DNA from: Candidatus Saccharimonadales bacterium
Lineage (GTDB): Bacteria > Patescibacteriota > Saccharimonadia > Saccharimonadales > UBA10212
DNA length: 25,723 nucleotides
Assembly (NCBI GenBank): GCA_040900005.1
Contig: JBBDZV010000040.1
Span: 1 to 25,723, forward strand
Direction: 5' to 3'
Made by a program: the position numbers and the translations under genes. Positions 15,321-24,153 of this stretch are shown one piece after another; position 1 is the first letter of the stretch; every line of letters begins with the position of its first letter. Under the pieces are notes generated by a model. It made no database searches. It saw only the letters and a list, made by a program, of their open reading frames with translations, and was not told the DNA's origin.

Positions 15321-17525
15321 CTATTCTTTAGTTTCTGGTTCGTCAGGCATGTCGTCGTAGACATCGCCTTGGTCATTGCTATTTTTCGCAGCTACGGGTT
15401 CTGCAAATACTTCGTCTATATCACGGACCAGGACTTCGCGTGGACGGTTGGTGCCGTCTGAACCGGCAATGATTCCCCGCTCTTCCATAATATCCATCAG
15501 TCGCGAGGCCCGCCCGTAACCTATCCGCAGCTTTCTCTGCAGCAGCGAAGTACTGGCCTTGCCAGCTGTAGCGACCACGCCGACAGCGTCTTTTAACATT
15601 GCGTCGTCTTCGCCACCGTCCATCTGAGCAACTACCCCTCCCCGGCCATTTAACTGGACGGGCTGGCTAACGACCTCATCATCAAACTGTGGCGCTCTTT
15701 GGCCGCGCAGGAAGTTACAGACTTTGGTGGTTTCGGCGTCACTGATAAGCGAGCCTTGGACGCGTTTGGGCTTGGAATACTCGGGGATAGAAAACAGCAG
15801 GTCACCGCGCCCTAGAAGCTTCTCAGCACCAGCCTGGTCAATAATGGTTCGTGAATCTACCTGGCTAACGACGGTAAAGGATATTCGAGCTGGTACATTG
15901 GCTTTAATAAGGCCGGTTATGACATCCACGCTGGGGCGCTGGGTGGCAATGACCAGGTGGATACCGGCGGCCCGGGCCTTTTGAGCTAGGCGTACGATTA
16001 AGGATTCCACGTCGCGAGCGGCCATCATCATAAGGTCTGCTAGCTCGTCTATGACGATGACGATGTAAGGCATTCCTTGGTCTTGTTTAACCTTGTTGTA
16101 CTCGTTAATGTTGCGTCTACCGACCTCGGCAAAAGCCCGCAGGCGCCTTTCCATCTCGGCAACCGCCCACTTCAAGGCACTTATGCATTTTTCGGGCTCA
16201 TTGATCACCGGGCTCAAAAGGTGCGGAATGTCATGATATAGGGCCATCTCTACCTGTTTGGGGTCTACCAGGATAAGTTTCATATCAGACGGGCTATTTT
16301 TATAAAGCAGGCTGGTCAAAAGCGTATTTATCATCACGCTTTTTCCCGAGCCGGTCTGTCCGGCAATTAGCAGATGGGGCATTTTTTCTAGATCACCAAC
16401 AACTGGGGCACCGGTGATGTCTTTACCAATGACAAACGCCAACTGACTACTCGTTTCTCTCCATTCAGGGCTGGTCAGCAGGCCGTGGATGGTCACGGTG
16501 GCCGGTTTTACATTAGGCACCTCAATACCCACGGCCCGTTTGCCGGGAATCGGGGCTTCCATCCGAATGCTCTCAGCGGCCAAATCTAGAGCTAGGTTAT
16601 TCTCCAGAGCTGTTAGGCGAGTAAGCTTCACTCCGTTAGGCGGTTTTAGAGTAAACTGTGTCACCCGCGGCCCAACGTTGGCTCCTTCCACATCAACATC
16701 GATATTAAAGTTGGCAAAAGTATCTTTAATGATTTCGGCGTTGCCTTTCACGTCCCCAGCATCAGCCTTATCCTGCTTGGGGTCCAAAAGATCCATCGGT
16801 GGAAATTGCCAGTTAGGGTCACTGGCAGCGGTCAAAGCGGCGTGGTCTTCAGTGGGAGCCAGCTTCTGGGCGGTGTTACGCAAAGAGGTCATACGAGCCT
16901 GGTTATGTTCTACCGGCACGCCTTCATTGAGCTTAAAATCATTGTTCATTTTGCCTTTAAGGGCGGCTAAATCTTCTTCCCCATCGCCCTCGGAGGGTTC
17001 GCGTTTAAAGATCTGTAGCAGTTTCAAAAGAGAGCGTGGCTCGACCCCAAAAGTGAACATAGCTGCGAAAAGAGTCAGCACGAAAAATATTAAGGATGCT
17101 AGGAATTTGCCCAGAGCATCCATCAAGGCGTTGCCGATTATTTGGCCGACATGACCGCCATATCCAGGGCCCCCCGTAGCGCCAACAAAAGCCACGTGCA
17201 GCCAACTGGCAAAAAAAGTCACCAGACCTATGACCCCTATCATCTGCGGCAAGGGTATGCGGTGATCTTCGCTCCAAAACTTTAAAGAGCCCAGGTATAA
17301 AAGAGCTAAGGGCATAAGAATTGTGGCGGCGCCGAAAGCCCACCAGGTAGCATCCCAGAATTTATTGGGTATAGGAGCGTTGATAAAAAGTCCAAAACCT
17401 AGGACTATACCGGCAATAATCAGGCTAACTGCGCCAACACCGCGCCAAAATGCGGAAGTATCTTTTTTGGATTTTTTTTCGACCTTACTGCCTTTTGGCC
17501 GGCCGGGTTTGCGTTTTTTAGCCAT
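15321..17525 (-). CDS. ftsK: DNA translocase FtsK/SpoIIIE
   Basis: N-terminal TM helices, Walker A GQTGSGKS, LILVDPKQVEM, IVIDELADLMM, ATQRPSVDVITG, GAEKLLGRGD, gamma domain ASTSLLQRKLRIGYGRA. Confidence 0.97.
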   Translation of the reverse strand: MAKKRKPGRPKGSKVEKKSKKDTSAFWRGVGAVSLIIAGIVLGFGLFINAPIPNKFWDATWWAFGAATILMPLALLYLGSLKFWSEDHRIPLPQMIGVIGLVTFFASWLHVAFVGATGGPGYGGHVGQIIGNALMDALGKFLASLIFFVLTLFAAMFTFGVEPRSLLKLLQIFKREPSEGDGEEDLAALKGKMNNDFKLNEGVPVEHNQARMTSLRNTAQKLAPTEDHAALTAASDPNWQFPPMDLLDPKQDKADAGDVKGNAEIIKDTFANFNIDVDVEGANVGPRVTQFTLKPPNGVKLTRLTALENNLALDLAAESIRMEAPIPGKRAVGIEVPNVKPATVTIHGLLTSPEWRETSSQLAFVIGKDITGAPVVGDLEKMPHLLIAGQTGSGKSVMINTLLTSLLYKNSPSDMKLILVDPKQVEMALYHDIPHLLSPVINEPEKCISALKWAVAEMERRLRAFAEVGRRNINEYNKVKQDQGMPYIVIVIDELADLMMMAARDVESLIVRLAQKARAAGIHLVIATQRPSVDVITGLIKANVPARISFTVVSQVDSRTIIDQAGAEKLLGRGDLLFSIPEYSKPKRVQGSLISDAETTKVCNFLRGQRAPQFDDEVVSQPVQLNGRGGVVAQMDGGEDDAMLKDAVGVVATAGKASTSLLQRKLRIGYGRASRLMDIMEERGIIAGSDGTNRPREVLVRDIDEVFAEPVAAKNSNDQGDVYDDMPDEPETKE

Positions 17526-17573
17526 AATTTCTTTAATTATATCTTAAGCACTACCCTAAAGGGTAATGTTGTA

Positions 17574-17603
17574 ATTATAACATGTTTATATTAATCTTGT
17601 CAA
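17574..17603 (-). promoter_or_regulatory. Strong sigma70 promoter for ftsK
   Basis: TTGACA (17598-17603)-N18-TATAAT (17574-17579), with an extended-10 TG. Confidence 0.7.
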
Positions 17604-17638
17604 CTTCTTGACGTTGGGATAGGAGTTTGGGCTAGCAA

Positions 17639-17875
17639 CTATTGGGGAACTGTGAATTCCTCCACGGCGACCTCGCCAATCTTGCTGCAAAGGAGTGGGT
17701 AAAGATGAAATCGAGATTCCCCTGCTGCATCGTTATCAACCTTCATGTCATAGCCTTCTAGAACTAAATGAGTAGAACCATCTGAGGGATTCCATAAAAG
17801 CCGGACATTATTACCAAAGCCGTCTCTGAATTCATCTAATTCACGCATTTCGGAGCTTATTTCTGCACTACTCAT
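17639..17875 (-). CDS. Small hypothetical protein (78 aa)
   Basis: ORF with a dedicated upstream promoter; RELD..RDG.G..V.LLWNP motif. Confidence 0.65.
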   Translation of the reverse strand: MSSAEISSEMRELDEFRDGFGNNVRLLWNPSDGSTHLVLEGYDMKVDNDAAGESRFHLYPLLCSKIGEVAVEEFTVPQ

Positions 17876-17917
17876 AATTTTTATCTGAGCTCTTTTATTT
17901 TTCAGGCTCTAAGGTCC

Positions 17918-17945
17918 GTTATACGCTTATGCTTGGATTTGTCAA
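17918..17945 (-). promoter_or_regulatory. sigma70 promoter for the 78-aa gene
   Basis: TTGACA (17940-17945)-N16-TATAAC (17918-17923). Confidence 0.55.
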
Positions 17946-17949
17946 GCAA

Positions 17950-20016
17950 TTATTCTACGCGAGTGTCTTGATGGAGCAGCTTCTGGCGCATAGCCGCAAA
18001 GCGGCGCTGTTGTTCTAGGGCTTGTTCCTCGGGGGACTTCTCTGGACCAGTGCCAGCAACCTGCCCTTTATGGAAATTGTTGTTGGTTTTTTCGCTCCGG
18101 CCGCCCACGACATTTACTACCGGTATGACAATCGGGCTACGCTGGGTCTGTTCGTACAAGAAATGGGTAACATAGTCTTTGAGCTCGGCTTTAAACCTAT
18201 CCAGGTCGACCCGTTTAAAGCGCTGAGTAACGGCTCGGCGCAGTTCGGCCCTAAAAGCGTTCATCAGCTCTTCGTTGTCCTTCATGTAGATGAAGCCGCG
18301 GCTGATGATGTCAGGGCTAGTCAGCAGCTGGCCGGTTTTTCTATCAATAGTCAAAACGACAGCTACCAGACCCTCCTCTGCCATCAGCACTCGGTCCTTA
18401 ACTACGACACCGCTGACGATAGATCCGGTTTGATCCACTAGAACGGTACCGTTGGGTACTTCGCCGGCAAGTTCCATCTTATCCGGAGTAAAGCTAATGA
18501 CCTGACCATTTTCGACGTTTAGGCTGTTGGCTCTGGGTATCTTATGCTCCACGGCAATATCGATATGACGCCTTTTACTGCGGAAGTCACCGTAAATAGG
18601 TACAAAAAACTTAGGTCTGATGATATCTATCAGCTCGCCGTATTCGTCAATTGCCCCGTGTCCCGAAACGTGCAGCGGGCCGACGCCGTCCAGCTCGTGG
18701 GTTTCGTGCCGATAGACATGCACGCCCCGTCGCATTAGGCCGTTTATGGTTTCGGCTACGAAAGGCTCGTTGCCAGGGATGGGGGTACTGGATAACACGA
18801 CCGAGTCCTGCTCTTTTAAAGATATTACCTGGTGGTCACCGCTAGCCATTCGCACTAGGGCCGAGTTGGGTTCTCCCTGACCACCGGTGCAGATAACAAC
18901 TACCTCCTCGTCTTTGAGGTTCGGAACCGACGCAATCGGCACTATGGTACCTTTGGGAATTTTCATAAAGCCATTGCGAACAGCCATCTCTAAGGTGCTT
19001 ACCATGCTGCGTCCATCCAAAGCAACTTTGCGATTATGCTGGACAGCGGCATTGACTATCATCTGGATGCGATTAACGTTGGTGGAAAAGATGGCCACAA
19101 AAATCCGACCTGGGGCCCGTTCCATTAGATCCACGAAGCTTTGGGCCAGTGTGCTTTCGCTGGGCGTCCGGCCCAGGCGTTCAGTGTTGGTGCTTTCACT
19201 AAGAAGAGCCAGCACTCCTTCGTCACCGAGCTGTTTAAGACGCTGGGTGTCGGTATGCTGGTGGTCCAGTGGCTCTGGATCTAACCGAAAGTCACCGGTA
19301 TTAATTACCCGACCAACAGGTGTGTCGATAACTACCATAGTGCTTCCAGGAATAGCGTGGGTAACTCTTACAAGCTCAATGAAGAACTCCCCAATTTTTA
19401 GTCGTTCGTGGGTGTCGGCGTTCATAATTACAGTCTTGAGCTCAAAGCCGTCTGGCATCGGCTGGCCAAAATTTTCGAAGATTTCTTCAACTCGGCCAAT
19501 GGTGAACCGACTGCCATAAACTGGCACATTGTATTTGGGCAAAATGTGAGCCATACCTCCGATATGGTCAAGATGTCCGTGAGTTATTACGAAAGCTTTG
19601 ATTTTATTTTTTATCTGATCCAGATAGGTAGTATCGGCGATAGCGTAATTGATTCCCGGCAGGTCTATACCCAGGGCATTGCCGCAGTCAATCACTACCG
19701 CATCATTTTTATACTCAACTACAATCATATTTTTTGAGCCAATGCCGTCCATGCCTCCCAGGGCGGTTACCTTCAGTCGAGGACTGTCGTCTATAAAGTT
19801 GGCCCTCTGTGCGCGCACTTTATCCGGCTTGGCGGCGGCGGCATCTAGATATTGGCTAGTCTTACGGTTAGCATCTAAAACGGAGCGCTTTTGAGCACGG
19901 ATTGCTGCGCCTCTGGAAGCCGTTCTTCCGCCCGAGGGTTTATTATTTCGGGGACGTACACCCGAGCCGCCTCGGCCCTGTTTCTTATCGTTAGTTGGTG
20001 TCATATTTTTTATCAT
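17950..20016 (-). CDS. rnj: Ribonuclease J
   Basis: Metallo-beta-lactamase motif THGHLDHIGG, VTHAIP, TGDFRLD, ALLSESTN, CTGGQGEP, HVSGHG, ISRGFIY. The start may be 20016 or 20004. Confidence 0.97.
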   Translation of the reverse strand: MIKNMTPTNDKKQGRGGSGVRPRNNKPSGGRTASRGAAIRAQKRSVLDANRKTSQYLDAAAAKPDKVRAQRANFIDDSPRLKVTALGGMDGIGSKNMIVVEYKNDAVVIDCGNALGIDLPGINYAIADTTYLDQIKNKIKAFVITHGHLDHIGGMAHILPKYNVPVYGSRFTIGRVEEIFENFGQPMPDGFELKTVIMNADTHERLKIGEFFIELVRVTHAIPGSTMVVIDTPVGRVINTGDFRLDPEPLDHQHTDTQRLKQLGDEGVLALLSESTNTERLGRTPSESTLAQSFVDLMERAPGRIFVAIFSTNVNRIQMIVNAAVQHNRKVALDGRSMVSTLEMAVRNGFMKIPKGTIVPIASVPNLKDEEVVVICTGGQGEPNSALVRMASGDHQVISLKEQDSVVLSSTPIPGNEPFVAETINGLMRRGVHVYRHETHELDGVGPLHVSGHGAIDEYGELIDIIRPKFFVPIYGDFRSKRRHIDIAVEHKIPRANSLNVENGQVISFTPDKMELAGEVPNGTVLVDQTGSIVSGVVVKDRVLMAEEGLVAVVLTIDRKTGQLLTSPDIISRGFIYMKDNEELMNAFRAELRRAVTQRFKRVDLDRFKAELKDYVTHFLYEQTQRSPIVIPVVNVVGGRSEKTNNNFHKGQVAGTGPEKSPEEQALEQQRRFAAMRQKLLHQDTRVE

Positions 20017-20047
20017 TCTCCTTGTTTAGTTTCTAAAAATTATCTTT

Positions 20048-20623
20048 TTAATTAATCGCTGCCAGTACCCGTGGGATTCGCAAGAAATCATCTAGCAAAG
20101 TGGCCCGGAGACTACCGTTATAAAGGGCTGCCGCCGGGTGGAACAATGGCAGATAAACTTGGCCCTGGTAACGCTTAGGCTGGCCGTGGACCTGGCTGAT
20201 TTTCTGTCCGGGCAAGAGGCTATCCATGCTGTGACGACCTAGAGTGGCTACTAGCTTAGGTTTGATTACATCTAGCTGGGCGCGTAAAAAGGGCAAAAAG
20301 GCGATTTTTTCCTCCGGTAGTGGATCTCGGTTATCTGGTGGTCGGTATTTAACGATATTGGTTATATAGATATCTTGGCGAGCCAGCTTTATGCCGCCCA
20401 GCATCTCGTCTAGGAGTTTGCCAGCAGGCCCGACGAACGGCAGGCCCAGTTCGTCTTCCCGTTTTCCCGGCGCTTCGCCCACAAAAACAATTTCGGCATC
20501 AGGACTACCATCGCCAAATACTAGCTGGGTTGCACCGACCGCCAGTCCCGGACAAATATTTTGCTTTAAGATATCTGCTTTAATTTGCTCTAGCCTTTCT
20601 TGTTTATTGAAATTCGCGCTCAT
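20048..20623 (-). CDS. Uracil-DNA glycosylase, family 4-like
   Basis: VFGDG, FVGEAPGKRED, PFVGPAG, YITNIVK.RPPDNRDP, LFHPAAAL. Confidence 0.92.
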   Translation of the reverse strand: MSANFNKQERLEQIKADILKQNICPGLAVGATQLVFGDGSPDAEIVFVGEAPGKREDELGLPFVGPAGKLLDEMLGGIKLARQDIYITNIVKYRPPDNRDPLPEEKIAFLPFLRAQLDVIKPKLVATLGRHSMDSLLPGQKISQVHGQPKRYQGQVYLPLFHPAAALYNGSLRATLLDDFLRIPRVLAAIN

Positions 20624-20632
20624 ATCTGTCTT

Positions 20633-20851
20633 TTACCTATCGCGGACATAACCGAACGCGCCGACCATCCTGTTGATGGCCCAACCGAAGAAAAATATTC
20701 CGGCCGCGTACTCCAGCCAGCTGCCGCTATCAATAGCCAGCGAGATAAAGGCGTATGATGCTCCCAAGAACAGCAGGGCCAACAGGGCCGCAACCCACCA
20801 TTTGTGCATCAGCTTCTGTTCGGGCGATTTTCTAGAAATTCGTTTAGCCAT
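20633..20851 (-). CDS. Small two-TM membrane protein
   Basis: 72-aa ORF tightly packed between pnp and the UDG gene; two hydrophobic segments. Confidence 0.75.
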   Translation of the reverse strand: MAKRISRKSPEQKLMHKWWVAALLALLFLGASYAFISLAIDSGSWLEYAAGIFFFGWAINRMVGAFGYVRDR

Positions 20852-20853
20852 TT

Positions 20854-22986
20854 TTAAGTCTTATCGCCCTGCTCGCGGGCAGCGGCTTTCATGGAAAGCT
20901 GCAGACGACCGCGGTCATCAATTCCCACCAGCTTTACGGTTACTTTGTCCCCTTCTTTTACTACGTCGCTGGGTTTTTCTACCCGTTCCTCGCGCAGCTC
21001 CGAAACGTGGACCAGACCTTCTTTGCCGGGCATGATTTCTACAAAAGCCCCGAAGTCCAAAACGCTGACCACGCGACAATTTTCGTAAATCTTACCGACT
21101 TCCGGTTCGGCCGTTATACTCCGTATAATATCGATGGCTGCATCAATGCTTTTCTTGTCGGGGCTGGCTATCATTACTGTTCCGTCATCTTTAATGTCAA
21201 TCTCGGCACCGGTCTCGGCGATAATTTTGTTAATTGTTTCACCGCCTTTACCGATAACTTCTCGAATTTTCTCCGGGTTGATAGTAATAGCCTCCACGCG
21301 CGGTGCGTACGGACTTAAGTCTTTTCGGGGTTCTGGTAATACACTAAGCAGATGTTCCAAGATGTGGGCCCGGCCAACTTTACCCTGCTCTAAGGCTTCT
21401 CGCATAATGTCGACTGAAATTCCTTTGACCTTGATGTCCATCTGAAGGGCCGTAATACCGTCTTTAGTTCCAGCCACCTTGAAGTCCATATCACCGGCAA
21501 AATCCTCGGCCCCGGCTATATCGCTTAAAATAACATATTTCCCGCTAACCTTATCAGTGACCAGACCCATGGCGATACCGCTGACAGGTGCTTTAATCGG
21601 CACCCCAGCGTCCATCAAGCTCAAGATGCTGCTACAGGTAGCGGCCATACTGGTGCTGCCGTTACTGCTCATAATTTCCGTCACAGTCCGGATAGTGTAA
21701 GGAAAGTCAGTTTCTTCGGGCATAACGGCTTCGAGGGAGCGTTGGGCTAGTGCCGAGTGGCCAATTTCGCGTCGACCGGGGCTTCCCAGCCGCTTTATCT
21801 CGCCGCTGGCGTAGCCGGGCATATTATAGTGGTGGAAGAAACGTCTCTCAGTATTTTCTTCCATTGTGTCAATCATTTGAGCGTAGGAAAGTGGCGCTAA
21901 AGTTGTAACGTTCAACGCCTGGGTGGACCCACGAGTAAAGATGCTGCTGCCGTGCGCCCTGGGCAAGAAGCCCACCTCACTGGAAAGAGACCGGATGTCG
22001 GCCGATTTACGGTTGTCAGGCCGGATGCCTTCCTCTAGAATCGATCGGCGCACTTCCTGCTTGACAATCATTTCAAAGGCCTCTTTATGAGCTGCCAGGT
22101 CTGCGTCTTCTCCCAGCTTCTCGGTTAGATGCTTCACTAGCTCCTCTTTCAGCTTCACCAACTTGTCATGTCTTTCGGCGGCATTGCCACGGGTATCTTT
22201 AATCTTGTCTTTAACAAATTCCGCTACGGCTTTTTGGGTCTGCTCGTCGGGCAGCATTAGTTCGAATTCACTCTCTGTCACGCCGATTTTTTTAATCAGC
22301 TCATTCTGCAGGTCAATGGCGGGCTGGAAGGACTTATGGGCCAACTCAATGGCTTCCAGCATAGTTTCTTCGCTTACCTGCTTAGCGCCGGCCTCTACCA
22401 TCATAATGGCGTCCCGGGTACCGGCCACCGTTAGGTCCAATTTACTATTTTTCAGCTCTTCGGTAGTTGGATAAGCTTTCAGCTTATCGCCTACCATACC
22501 AATGCGTATACCGCCGATGGGGCCATCAAATGGGGCACCAGACAGTTTCATAGCCCCGCTGATGGCAATCATAGCAATGATATCCGGCTTTACTTCTGGG
22601 TCCAGGCTTAATACCATAGCAACCGCCTGTACCTCGTTATGATAGCCTTTAGGGAATAAAGGTCGGATGGGACGGTCAATCAGTCGCCCGGCTAAAATAG
22701 CTTCTTCTGAGGGTCGACCTTCGCGCTTAATGAAGCGGCTGCCGCTGATTTTACCGGCGGCATAAAATCGCTCTTCGTAGTCAACAGATAGCGGGAAAAA
22801 GTCTAGCCCTGGGATGCGCTTTCCCACGCTCACAATGGCCTGCACTATGGTGTCACCGTAGCGGGCCGTCACGCTGGCGCCAGCCTGAAATGCCAAGCGC
22901 CCGGTTTCAAGCGTCAGCGGGCGACCGCAAAAGTCGCCGCTGACGCTCGTTATTTTTTTACCAAATGGGTTAATGGTCTGTGCCAT
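20854..22986 (-). CDS. pnp: Polyribonucleotide nucleotidyltransferase (PNPase)
   Basis: FFPLSVDYEER, FIKREGRPS, RLIDRPIRPLFP, FTRGSTQ, RREIGH, SNGSTSMA, GDMDFKVAG, KH and S1 domains. Confidence 0.98.
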   Translation of the reverse strand: MAQTINPFGKKITSVSGDFCGRPLTLETGRLAFQAGASVTARYGDTIVQAIVSVGKRIPGLDFFPLSVDYEERFYAAGKISGSRFIKREGRPSEEAILAGRLIDRPIRPLFPKGYHNEVQAVAMVLSLDPEVKPDIIAMIAISGAMKLSGAPFDGPIGGIRIGMVGDKLKAYPTTEELKNSKLDLTVAGTRDAIMMVEAGAKQVSEETMLEAIELAHKSFQPAIDLQNELIKKIGVTESEFELMLPDEQTQKAVAEFVKDKIKDTRGNAAERHDKLVKLKEELVKHLTEKLGEDADLAAHKEAFEMIVKQEVRRSILEEGIRPDNRKSADIRSLSSEVGFLPRAHGSSIFTRGSTQALNVTTLAPLSYAQMIDTMEENTERRFFHHYNMPGYASGEIKRLGSPGRREIGHSALAQRSLEAVMPEETDFPYTIRTVTEIMSSNGSTSMAATCSSILSLMDAGVPIKAPVSGIAMGLVTDKVSGKYVILSDIAGAEDFAGDMDFKVAGTKDGITALQMDIKVKGISVDIMREALEQGKVGRAHILEHLLSVLPEPRKDLSPYAPRVEAITINPEKIREVIGKGGETINKIIAETGAEIDIKDDGTVMIASPDKKSIDAAIDIIRSITAEPEVGKIYENCRVVSVLDFGAFVEIMPGKEGLVHVSELREERVEKPSDVVKEGDKVTVKLVGIDDRGRLQLSMKAAAREQGDKT

Positions 22987-23019
22987 ATTTATTTAATTGT
23001 TCCTTCCTGGTTCACGGTC

Positions 23020-23141
23020 AGGGTGCAAATATACGCCACTTGTGCCGGATGAACATTGGCTATATATCTGAGGCTCTGGCCGCAACCGGTCTAAAATTAC
23101 TCTTTAATGTGCACAAGCTTGTACGCCTTTTGGCGCACCCT
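23020..23141 (-). promoter_or_regulatory. Long stem-loop in the rpsO-pnp intergenic region
   Basis: AGGGTGC (23020-23026)/GCACCCT (23135-23141) and nested CTTGTGC (23039-23045)/GCACAAG (23111-23117). Confidence 0.55.
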
Positions 23142-23153
23142 AGTCTGGGCACT

Positions 23154-23420
23154 TTAGCGACGGATGCCGAGTTTCTTGATAAGGCTCAAGTAGGCTTCGC
23201 CGTCTTTGCTGGCGATAAATTTCAAAAGACGTTTACGCTGTCCTACCAGCTGCAGTAACGCCCGGCGGGCAGCAAAGTCATGTTTGTGGGTCTTCATATG
23301 ATCGGTCAGCTCGGCAATCCGGGCTGTCATCAACCCAACCTGCACCGCAGAAGAACCTGTGTCTTTGTCGTGAGCCTGCAGGTCGGAAGCGACCTCGGCT
23401 TTTTTCTCGCTCGTTATCAT
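23154..23420 (-). CDS. rpsO: 30S ribosomal protein S15
   Basis: HDKDTGSSAVQV...HMKTHKHD..ARRALLQLVGQRKRLL...LIKKLGIRR. Confidence 0.97.
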   Translation of the reverse strand: MITSEKKAEVASDLQAHDKDTGSSAVQVGLMTARIAELTDHMKTHKHDFAARRALLQLVGQRKRLLKFIASKDGEAYLSLIKKLGIRR

Positions 23421-23432
23421 TACTTAAGGGGC

Positions 23433-23461
23433 ATCTTAGCAGATGAGAGGTGTTTTGGCAA
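23433..23461 (-). promoter_or_regulatory. sigma70 promoter for rpsO(-pnp)
   Basis: TTGCCA (23456-23461)-N17-TAAGAT (23433-23438), with an extended-10 TG. Confidence 0.65.
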
Positions 23462-23469
23462 CCTTTATT

Positions 23470-24138
23470 TCAGAGTGCGGCGATGGTATTAAGGCTAAGT
23501 TCAGATAGATTCTGGGCATCTTTTAGGCTCAACTGGCCAACCTTCGTCCTACGCAGAGCTGAAAGATAGGCTCCGGTACCCAGACTCTGCCCGATATCCT
23601 CAGCCAAAGAACGGATGTAGGTGCCACTGCTAACCCGGGCCGTAAAGCCTAAGCGTGGATAATCATAGGTTATATCGCTGACTTTATAGATACTAACTTC
23701 ACGAGACTCCAGTTTTATTTGCTTGCCCTGCCGTGCTAAGCGGTAAGCTCTTTGTCCATCAACCTTGATAGCGCTATAAACAGGCGGTGTTTGTTTAATC
23801 TTCCCAGTAAATCGCTTTAAAACCTCTTCTATCTCACCTAGAGTCGGTTGTTTGCCGCTAATTTTACGCTTTTCCCCTTCATTGTCGCCGGTGGTGCTCT
23901 CCTGCCCCAATGTCAGCTCGGCTTCGTAAGTCTTATCTAGTTTAGAAAAATCGCTAGCTTTTTTGGTGTAGCTGCCCAACACCAACACCAAAAGCCCGGT
24001 GGCTGCCGGGTCCAGCGTCCCGGTATGCCCAATTTTTATCTTTTGAGCAGTGCCAGTCTTAATAATCGAACGCACTTTAGCCACGACATCGTGAGATGTC
24101 CAGTCCAACGGCTTATCGACTAGTAAGATTCCGTCCAT
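23470..24138 (-). CDS. truB: tRNA pseudouridine(55) synthase TruB (short form, no C-terminal PUA domain)
   Basis: VDKPLDWTSHDVV, GHTGTLDPAATGLL, QTPPVYSAIKVDG, SSGTYIRSLAEDIG, LRRT. Confidence 0.97.
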   Translation of the reverse strand: MDGILLVDKPLDWTSHDVVAKVRSIIKTGTAQKIKIGHTGTLDPAATGLLVLVLGSYTKKASDFSKLDKTYEAELTLGQESTTGDNEGEKRKISGKQPTLGEIEEVLKRFTGKIKQTPPVYSAIKVDGQRAYRLARQGKQIKLESREVSIYKVSDITYDYPRLGFTARVSSGTYIRSLAEDIGQSLGTGAYLSALRRTKVGQLSLKDAQNLSELSLNTIAAL

Positions 24139-24145
24139 CAGACCA

Positions 24146-24151
24146 AGTATA
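24146..24151 (-). promoter_or_regulatory. -10 element (TATACT) for truB
   Basis: 7 nt upstream of the truB ATG; no SD in between. Confidence 0.5.
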
Positions 24152-24153
24152 GG

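Noticed and set aside
14306-23124. Similar short motif (G)TACAAGCT..GTGC / AAGCTTGTGC at about 14306, 15298 and 23111
   Set aside because: About 10 bp, inconsistent orientation relative to genes, and each copy is explained by a local stem; not enough for a repeat family.
23421-23469. Missing ribF between truB and rpsO as a sign of deletion or pseudogene
   Set aside because: The 49-bp gap is filled by a clean promoter with no remnant; gene loss is unremarkable in a reduced genome.
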